Source: Acetobacteraceae bacterium
Lineage (GTDB): Bacteria > Pseudomonadota > Alphaproteobacteria > Acetobacterales > Acetobacteraceae
DNA: 64,000 nt
Direction: 5' to 3'
Assembly: GCA_035492535.1 (NCBI GenBank)
Contig: DATJJM010000362.1
Location: forward strand, 12,241 to 76,240
Shown: positions 57,933 to 64,000 of the stretch, piece by piece
Layout of the letters: each line of letters begins with the position of its first letter
How positions within the stretch are numbered: the first letter of the stretch is position 1
Made by a program: the position numbers and the translations under genes
The notes under the pieces: model-generated
Told to the model about the DNA's origin: nothing
Seen by the model: the letters and a program-made list of their open reading frames with translations, nothing else
The model's database searches: none

Positions 57933-59099
57933 ATGAACCACGTCGCACCACATGCCATCGATGACGCCAGCTTGCGCGAACTGAGCTGCGCGCTCGCGGC
58001 CCACGCTGCGCGCTATGACAGCGAAGGCTGCTTTCCGGCTGACAATATCGCCCGGTTGCGCCAGGCAGGGTTCTTCGCACTGACAGTGCCCAAGCGATAC
58101 GGCGGCGGTGGCGCAGGCTTGTCCGAAACAACGCGCGTGCTCGGCATCCTGGCCGAGGGTTGCGCGTCCACCACGCTGATCCTCGCCATGCAACTGTTCA
58201 AGCAGGCTGCGCTGAACCGCGGTGATCTGTGGCCTGAGCAGGTGCGAGCCCACGTCTCGGCAGAAGCGGTCGAGCACGGTGCGTTGGTCAATGCACTGCG
58301 CGTGGAACCGGAACTCGGATCGCCGACACGTGGCGGATTGCCGGCAACGACGATCCGCCGTACGCGCGATGGCTGGAGGCTGTCCGGCCACAAGATCTTC
58401 GCAACCGGTGCGCCGGGCCTGCGCTGGATGGATGTCTGGGCACGCACCGACGATGAACCTGCGCAGGTCGGCCACGTCCTGGTGCGCGGCGACACCCCCG
58501 GGATCCGCATCGTCGAGACCTGGGACCATATCGGCATGCGAGCCACGTGCAGCCACGATGTTCTGTTCGAGGATGTTGCCGTGGACGAGGGCCATGTGGT
58601 CATGCGGCCATTGGCGAACTGGCAGCATGTCGACACGGCGCAGGCTGCATGGAACGCTGCTGGCATGGCTGCCATTTACACCGGCATCGCGCGGGCCGCG
58701 CGCGACTGGATCGTGGACTTCCTTCGTCGGCGCGTACCGAGCGGTCTGGGCGCTCCGCTCGCCACTCTGCCCCGTGCCCAGGAGAAGGTCGGCGAGATCG
58801 AGATGCTTCTGGCCGCCAACGCAAGGCTGATCGCGTCCGTCGCCGCCGAAACCGATTACGGATCACCGACCAGCCCGAACGAAAGCGCGCTGATCAAGAT
58901 CATGGCCGTCGAAAATGCCATCCGTGCCGTGGAACTCGCCGCGTCGCTGGCAGGCAACCATGCTCATGCGCGCGCAAATTCCATTGAACGCCATATCCGC
59001 GATGTGCGGTCCGGGCGGGTCCAGGCACCGCAGTCAGATGCTGCCCATGTTGCTGCCGGACGCAGCGTATTGCTGCCAGGTGGGCAGAAGGAGAGGTGA
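57933..59099 (+). CDS. Acyl-CoA dehydrogenase-family flavoprotein (SfnB/DszC-like sulfur-acquisition oxidoreductase candidate)
   Basis: 388 aa from ATG 57933 (MNHVAPHAID). ACAD N-terminal and middle-domain pattern (GFFALTVPKRYGGGG ... WRLSGHKIFATGA ... WDHIGMRATCSHDVLFEDVAV) and a C-terminal helical domain. Confidence 0.8.
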   Translation: MNHVAPHAIDDASLRELSCALAAHAARYDSEGCFPADNIARLRQAGFFALTVPKRYGGGGAGLSETTRVLGILAEGCASTTLILAMQLFKQAALNRGDLWPEQVRAHVSAEAVEHGALVNALRVEPELGSPTRGGLPATTIRRTRDGWRLSGHKIFATGAPGLRWMDVWARTDDEPAQVGHVLVRGDTPGIRIVETWDHIGMRATCSHDVLFEDVAVDEGHVVMRPLANWQHVDTAQAAWNAAGMAAIYTGIARAARDWIVDFLRRRVPSGLGAPLATLPRAQEKVGEIEMLLAANARLIASVAAETDYGSPTSPNESALIKIMAVENAIRAVELAASLAGNHAHARANSIERHIRDVRSGRVQAPQSDAAHVAAGRSVLLPGGQKER

Positions 59100-59102
59100 G
59101 CC

Positions 59103-59966
59103 ATGCCTGACGTATCCATGGCTGTATTGGCGTCACCGTCCGAGCAGGTGACCGTCCGTGCCGGTGCCGTTGCCCAGCCACGCAGGCCGTTCACCTGGCA
59201 CCAGACACGGTTCCTGTCGTGGCTGGTGCCCGCGTTGCTGGTGGTTGGCTGGGAATTGTTGGCGCGCCTGGGGAAAATTCCGCCGTATATCCTGCCGGCA
59301 CCCAGCAAGGTCGTCGCGACCGGCATCGCGTTGATCCAGGACGGTACGTTGCTTCCCGATATGGGAATCAGCCTGCTGCGCGCCGCGGCCGGCTTCGCCA
59401 TCGGCGGCTTTATCGGCTTCGCATTCGGCACCGCTGTCGGATTCTCGCGCATCGCCGGCGTATTGCTGGACCGCACGATCCTGATGCTGCGGGCGATACC
59501 GTTCCTGGCCGTACTGCCGCTGGTCATCGTCTGGCTCGGCATCGGCGAAAGCGCGAAGATCTTTCTCGTCGCGTTCGGCGTCATCTTCCCGATCTACATG
59601 AATACCGTGCTGGGAATCAGGCAGGTTGATCCCAAGTTGGTGGAACTTGGTCGTGTCACAGGTCTGTCGAACTGGAACTTGGTCCGTCGCATCATCCTGC
59701 CTGGTGCGCTGCCGTCGATCCTCAACGGGGTCCGTTATGCGCTTGCCACCGCTTGGCTGGCACTCGTTGTTGCTGAAACGATCGCCGCCAGCTCCGGCAT
59801 CGGGTTCCTGGCAATGGATGCACGGGAGTTCCTGCGCACCGACGTCATCGTGCTGGTCATTCTCATCTATGCCGTTATCGGTGTGGCCGCTGACTCGCTG
59901 GCTCGGCTGATGGAGCGGCGGCTGCTGGCCTGGCATCCCAACTACGCCACGGAGGTCCAGCGATGA
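59103..59966 (+). CDS. NitT/TauT-family ABC transporter permease (third system)
   Basis: 287 aa. Paralogous to ssuC (ILPAPSKVVATG ... LGRVTGLSNWNLVRRIILPGALPSI). Confidence 0.9.
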   Translation: MPDVSMAVLASPSEQVTVRAGAVAQPRRPFTWHQTRFLSWLVPALLVVGWELLARLGKIPPYILPAPSKVVATGIALIQDGTLLPDMGISLLRAAAGFAIGGFIGFAFGTAVGFSRIAGVLLDRTILMLRAIPFLAVLPLVIVWLGIGESAKIFLVAFGVIFPIYMNTVLGIRQVDPKLVELGRVTGLSNWNLVRRIILPGALPSILNGVRYALATAWLALVVAETIAASSGIGFLAMDAREFLRTDVIVLVILIYAVIGVAADSLARLMERRLLAWHPNYATEVQR

Positions 59967-60700
59967 CACAGCAACAGAACGTCAGTGCATGCGGACCCGC
60001 GGTCGTCGTGCACGGACTGAAACGAACCTATGGTCTGCGCACTGTCATTCGCGACCTTGATCTGCGGATCGAGCGCGGCGAGTTCGTCGTGCTGCTCGGC
60101 GAAAGCGGATGCGGCAAGACCACGCTGTTGCGCGCTCTGGCTGGCCTCGATCCGATCGATGGCGGTCGCATCGAGGGTCCGTCGCGTCCAGCGGTGGTCT
60201 TCCAGGAACATCGGTTGCTGCCCTGGGACTCGTTGTGGCGCAACGTGGCATTAGGCCTCGAACAGAACGACAATCGGACACGCGCCAGTGCAGCGTTGGC
60301 CGAAGTGGGACTGGGCGATCGGCTGGATGATTGGCCGCGCAATCTCTCAGGCGGTCAGGCGCAGCGGGTCGCCCTGGCGCGCGCCCTGGTGCAGGAGCCG
60401 AGATTGCTCCTGCTGGATGAACCGTTCGCAGCACTTGACGCACTGACGCGTATCAATATGCAGTCTCTCGTCAAGCAATTGGTCGCGGAGCACCAGCCTG
60501 GCGTGTTGCTCGTCACGCACGACGTCGATGAGGCGATCGTCCTGGGCGACCGTGCGATGGTCATGCGGAATGGAGCCATTGCCTGCGAATTCACCGTGTC
60601 GGCTGCCGCCCGCTCCCACCGATCCCACCCGGACGCCATCGGCCTGCGTGACCAACTCCTGAGCGAACTCGGCGTCGGCGAAGGCCAGATGGCCGCCTGA
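59963..60700 (+). CDS. NitT/TauT-family ABC transporter ATP-binding protein (third system)
   Basis: 245 aa. [41 protein letters not shown] overlap with the permease. Confidence 0.9.
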   Translation: MTQQQNVSACGPAVVVHGLKRTYGLRTVIRDLDLRIERGEFVVLLGESGCGKTTLLRALAGLDPIDGGRIEGPSRPAVVFQEHRLLPWDSLWRNVALGLEQNDNRTRASAALAEVGLGDRLDDWPRNLSGGQAQRVALARALVQEPRLLLLDEPFAALDALTRINMQSLVKQLVAEHQPGVLLVTHDVDEAIVLGDRAMVMRNGAIACEFTVSAAARSHRSHPDAIGLRDQLLSELGVGEGQMAA

Positions 60701-60722
60701 TCGCCTGAGCACGGAGAACAAC

Positions 60723-61721
60723 ATGTCGTTGCCCACGACCGCGCCTCAGTCGCGCCGACGATTTCTACAATCATCGTTGGCGGCAACAGGTTTGCTTGCC
60801 GCTGTGCGCCCGACGTATGCCGTGGGACCTGGTCGCGATACCGACACAGTACGGTTGACCTGGGGATTTGGCGGTTTGCCACTGATCGCGAAGGAACGTG
60901 GCGAGTTCAGGAAGACACTGGCGAAGGATCGCATCCGGGTGGAATGGGTCGGGCCGTTCCCCAATCACGCACCATCCATCCAGGCTGTCGTCGGAGGGAG
61001 CGCCGACTTCGGCTTTGGTGGTAGCACAACGCCTGCCTTGGCGGCGATCCTGGCCGGCTCTCCGCTGGTCTTCTCGCTGTTCGCAGTGGTCGAGCCGAGA
61101 ACCACGGCAATCATCGCCAAGAATGGTTCAGGCATCAACAGCGTGCCCGACCTGGTCGGCAAATCTGTCGCCGTCAACCGCTCCGGTGTGGCAGAATTCC
61201 TGCTGGTCGCTGCGCTGGAGAAGCATCACGTGGACCGCAGCAAGGTGAAAGTCGTGTACCTGAATCCACCCGAAGCCGCCCCGGCGTTCGGGTCTGGGCA
61301 GGTCGATGCCTGGGCGATGTGGAGCCCCGGCGTCGACATCGCCCGCAGCCAATACAAAGGTCATGACATCTTCATTGAAGGACGCGACCTCGACTTCCAG
61401 ATCGACTTCAATTCGTGGCTGATCACGAAGGACTTCTCCGAGCGGAACCACGCACTCGTCGCTGCCGTGAATGCCGCGTTCACCGCCGAGGCTGCCTGGG
61501 CCAGTGCCAATAGTCGTGAGGCTGAGGCCATCGCCCAGATGCAGGATCACTACAGTGATGAGATCCGGGACACCTTCATCGCGCAGAAGCGTCAGTACCA
61601 CATTCGTCACACCGACGATCAGGGGTTCGTGACCCGGCTGCAGCGGGCGGCGGATTGGCTGTCCGCGCGGAAGGTCCTACCCGGACAGGTCCACATCGCA
61701 GACTGCGTCGCCACCGTCTAA
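60723..61721 (+). CDS. NitT/TauT-family substrate-binding protein (third system), Tat signal
   Basis: 332 aa. SRRRFLQSSLAATGLLAAVRPTYA twin-arginine signal. SsuA-like pattern (VRLTWGFGG ... LVGKSVAVNRSGVAEF ... VDAWAMWSP). Confidence 0.85.
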   Translation: MSLPTTAPQSRRRFLQSSLAATGLLAAVRPTYAVGPGRDTDTVRLTWGFGGLPLIAKERGEFRKTLAKDRIRVEWVGPFPNHAPSIQAVVGGSADFGFGGSTTPALAAILAGSPLVFSLFAVVEPRTTAIIAKNGSGINSVPDLVGKSVAVNRSGVAEFLLVAALEKHHVDRSKVKVVYLNPPEAAPAFGSGQVDAWAMWSPGVDIARSQYKGHDIFIEGRDLDFQIDFNSWLITKDFSERNHALVAAVNAAFTAEAAWASANSREAEAIAQMQDHYSDEIRDTFIAQKRQYHIRHTDDQGFVTRLQRAADWLSARKVLPGQVHIADCVATV

Positions 61722-61746
61722 ACATCGATCTCAGGGGAACAGGAAC

Positions 61747-62871
61747 ATGAGTGTGGAGTTCATCGGCTATGTCGGACACTTCAACTCGTCGGAGACGATG
61801 CGGCGGGAAGGCCCAGCCATCGACGTCGAGCATATCGAGGCGGCGGCGAAAACGCATGAGTACGTCGGCTTCGACCGCGTCCTCATTGCATTCAACTCCA
61901 CCTCGGCGGAAAGCATCCTGATCGCCCAGCATATCGCGAACGTCACGCAGCGGCTGAAGCTGATGATCGCACACCGGCCTGGGTTCACGGCACCTACGCT
62001 GGCGGCGCGCCAGCTCGCCACGCTCGACCAGATCTCACGCGGGCGCGTCGCCGTTCATATCATCACCGGCGGCAACGATACTGAACTGGCACAGGACGGC
62101 GACCATCTGACCAAGGACGAACGCTACGCGCGCACCAGCGAATATCTGGATATCGTGCGCCAGGAATGGACGTCGTCCTCGCCGTTTGATTACGCCGGAA
62201 ACCATTATCGCGTTGACCGTGGGTACGGCGACATCAAGCCATATTATCCATCCGGTATCCCGGTCTATTTCGGCGGCGCGTCCGACGCTGCCATCAAAGT
62301 GGCCGGCAAACATGCCGACGTTTACGCGTTGTGGGGCGAAACCTACGACCAGGTCCGGGATCTGGTCGGCCGAGTCCGTGCCGCGGCTGCTCCATTCGGT
62401 CGCACGCCAAGTTTCAGCCTGTCGCTGCGGCCCGTGCTGGCGAATACCGAGGACGAGGCCTGGGCGAAGGCAGATCGCATCCTGGCCCAGGCCATCGCGC
62501 TGCGCGAGCGTGGAGGCAGTGGACGATCGCCGCACAACGCGCGACAGGCCCGCGTTGATGGCGCCGGCCCCGCGAACGAGGGTTCGCGTCGCCTGCTGGA
62601 TGCTGCCGCGAAAGGGCGGCGGCTGGATAAGCGGCTGTGGACCGGGATCGCCGCGCTGACCGGTGCACAGGGCAACTCCACTGGCCTCGTCGGGACACCG
62701 GATCAGGTCGCGGAAGCCATGCTCGACTACTACGATCTCGGCATCTCGACGTTCCTGATCCGTGGCTTCGATCCACTGGTGGATGCGATCCAATACGGCC
62801 GGGAACTGCTGCCGCGCGTCCGCGCCCTGATCGGTGCGCGCGAGGCCAGCCGGGCAGTCGCCGCCGAGTGA
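61747..62871 (+). CDS. LLM-class flavin-dependent monooxygenase (SsuD-related, second copy)
   Basis: 374 aa. Bacterial luciferase-like pattern (LKLMIAHRPGFTAPTLAARQLATLDQISRGRVAVHIITGG ... VYFGGAS ... ADVYALWGE ... GLVGTPDQVAEAMLDYYDLGISTFLIRGF). Confidence 0.85.
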   Translation: MSVEFIGYVGHFNSSETMRREGPAIDVEHIEAAAKTHEYVGFDRVLIAFNSTSAESILIAQHIANVTQRLKLMIAHRPGFTAPTLAARQLATLDQISRGRVAVHIITGGNDTELAQDGDHLTKDERYARTSEYLDIVRQEWTSSSPFDYAGNHYRVDRGYGDIKPYYPSGIPVYFGGASDAAIKVAGKHADVYALWGETYDQVRDLVGRVRAAAAPFGRTPSFSLSLRPVLANTEDEAWAKADRILAQAIALRERGGSGRSPHNARQARVDGAGPANEGSRRLLDAAAKGRRLDKRLWTGIAALTGAQGNSTGLVGTPDQVAEAMLDYYDLGISTFLIRGFDPLVDAIQYGRELLPRVRALIGAREASRAVAAE

Positions 62872-63686
62872 TGCGGCAGTCGGCGCTGCCGGGTTTCGCG
62901 CCGGCGCTTGGCATCACGCTGCTTTGGCTGTCGCTGATTGTGCTGGTGCCACTGGCCGCCTTGGTGGTTCGGCCATGGGAACTCGGGTTCGTGGGTGTCT
63001 GGCAGTCGGTCAGTGCGCCGCGCGTCGTGGCTGCGTTGCGACTGAGCTTCGGGACGGCGGCACTGGCTGCCGTGCTGAATGTTCCGTTCGGCCTGCTGGT
63101 TGCCTGGGTGATGGTCAGATATCGATTTCCGGGCCGCAATCTCGCCGACTCGCTGATCGACATGCCGCTGGCATTGCCCACCGCGGTGGCCGGCATCTCG
63201 CTTACTGCGCTGTTCGCACCAAACGGGTGGGCCGGCGCACTGCTGGCGCCGCTCGGCATCAAGGTTGCCTATACACCGCTCGGCATCCTGGTCGCACTGG
63301 TGTTCGTCGGCCTCCCGTTCGTGGTGCGCACGCTGGAACCCGTCATCATGGAACTGCCGCTGGAAGCCGAGGAAGCCGCGGCCACGCTCGGTGCGACACG
63401 CGCACAGATTGTCCGTCGCGTGGTGCTTCCGGCGCTGATGCCGGCGTTGCTGGCAGGCTTCGGCGCTGCGCTCGCGCGCGGTGTCGGTGAATATGGCTCG
63501 GTCATCTTCATTGCCGGCAACATGCCGATGATCAGTGAGATCGCACCACTATTGATCGTCATTCGACTTGAGCAGCTTGATTATGCCGGTGCAGCGGCGC
63601 TGGGACTGGTCATGTTGTTGGTGTCGTTCGCCATTCTGCTGCTGCTGAACGGGTTGCAGCGTTACGCCAGCAGGCGCCACGCGTGA
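62871..63686 (+). CDS. cysT: Sulfate ABC transporter permease CysT
   Basis: 271 aa from ATG 62871, a 1-nt overlap with the LLM stop (TGATG). PGFAPALGITLLWLSLIVLVPL ... EEAAATLGATRAQIVRRVVLPAL (EAA loop). Confidence 0.9.
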   Translation: MRQSALPGFAPALGITLLWLSLIVLVPLAALVVRPWELGFVGVWQSVSAPRVVAALRLSFGTAALAAVLNVPFGLLVAWVMVRYRFPGRNLADSLIDMPLALPTAVAGISLTALFAPNGWAGALLAPLGIKVAYTPLGILVALVFVGLPFVVRTLEPVIMELPLEAEEAAATLGATRAQIVRRVVLPALMPALLAGFGAALARGVGEYGSVIFIAGNMPMISEIAPLLIVIRLEQLDYAGAAALGLVMLLVSFAILLLLNGLQRYASRRHA

Positions 63687-64000
63687 ACCAGGCCGCGACG
63701 CGTGAGGCGCCGGCAACGCGTGCGGCGCTGACGGCACTGGCGATCTTGCTGCTGGTCGCGCTGCTGCTGTTGCCTCTGGTGGTGGTGTTCACCGAGGCAT
63801 TGCAGCATGGTCTCGATGGGGTGTTCGAGACGTTCGCCGATCCGGATGCGCTTGCCTCCATTCGATTGACGCTGCTGGTTGCCGCCGTCAGCGTGCCACT
63901 GAACGCGGTGTGTGGCGTGGCAGCAGCGTGGTGCATCGGGCGCTTCCGATTCCCTGGACGCGGCATGCTTGTGACACTGATCGAGCTCCCTCTGACCGTC
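63683..64000 (+). CDS. cysW: Sulfate ABC transporter permease CysW, N-terminal part (runs off the right edge)
   Basis: GTG 63683 overlaps the cysT stop (GTGA). TM-rich N-terminus ALTALAILLLVALLLLPLVVVFTEAL ... ASIRLTLLVAAVSVPLN. Position after cysT. Confidence 0.8.
   Translation, partial: MNQAATREAPATRAALTALAILLLVALLLLPLVVVFTEALQHGLDGVFETFADPDALASIRLTLLVAAVSVPLNAVCGVAAAWCIGRFRFPGRGMLVTLIELPLTV

Noticed and set aside
1-64000. Scan for CRISPR arrays, IS elements, transposases, integrases, phage genes and toxin-antitoxin pairs
   Set aside because: I saw no direct-repeat/spacer arrays, no DDE or tyrosine/serine recombinase-like ORFs and no terminal inverted repeats. The tRNA-Leu has no adjacent integrase or att-like duplication.

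Overview
High-G+C alphaproteobacterial chromosomal segment. Gene order suggests a Rhodospirillales/Acetobacteraceae-like organism, but that is inference only. All calls come from reading the ORF track and the sequence by eye. No database search was run, and start codons are best guesses.

Layout:
- 1-15.3 kb: tightly packed dcw division/cell-wall cluster on the minus strand, in the order mraZ-rsmH-ftsL-ftsI-murE-murF-mraY-ftsW-murG-murC-murB-ddl-ftsQ-ftsA(partial). murD is conspicuously absent. A phased TGGG repeat array and the RNase P RNA gene lie upstream.
- 16-24 kb: housekeeping genes (VOC protein, uvrC, folB plus SDR, AI-2E transporter, DUF1194, CoA-transferase plus crotonase).
- 24.2-30.1 kb: the most accessory-looking patch. 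It holds an A/T-richer orphan 350-aa gene, a 991-aa nucleotide-cyclase/P-loop NTPase/TPR protein, a bona fide ACC deaminase (acdS) with no adjacent acdR, and a small secreted protein.
- 30-47 kb: two-component system, truA-fmt-def, hsp20-DUF1150, hpf-rpoN-lptB-lptA-lptC-kdsD, an RNase D-like exonuclease behind tRNA-Leu(CAG), a hybrid Cache histidine kinase, rbsK, ispB and DUF2007.
- 47-64 kb: an Rrf2 regulator divergent from a 16-kb plus-strand sulfur-scavenging supercluster. The cluster has three NitT/TauT-type ABC systems, five binding proteins, ssuD, a second LLM monooxygenase, an acyl-CoA-dehydrogenase-like flavoprotein and a CmcJ/NvfI-like dioxygenase. sbp is split from cysT-cysW by a 6-kb insert.

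I found no CRISPR array, transposase, integrase or prophage genes. I see no clear-cut new system. The best candidates for novelty are the CmcJ-like/ACAD/LLM organosulfur module, the orphan gene next to the cyclase-STAND protein, the murD-less dcw cluster and a tandemly duplicated LptA.
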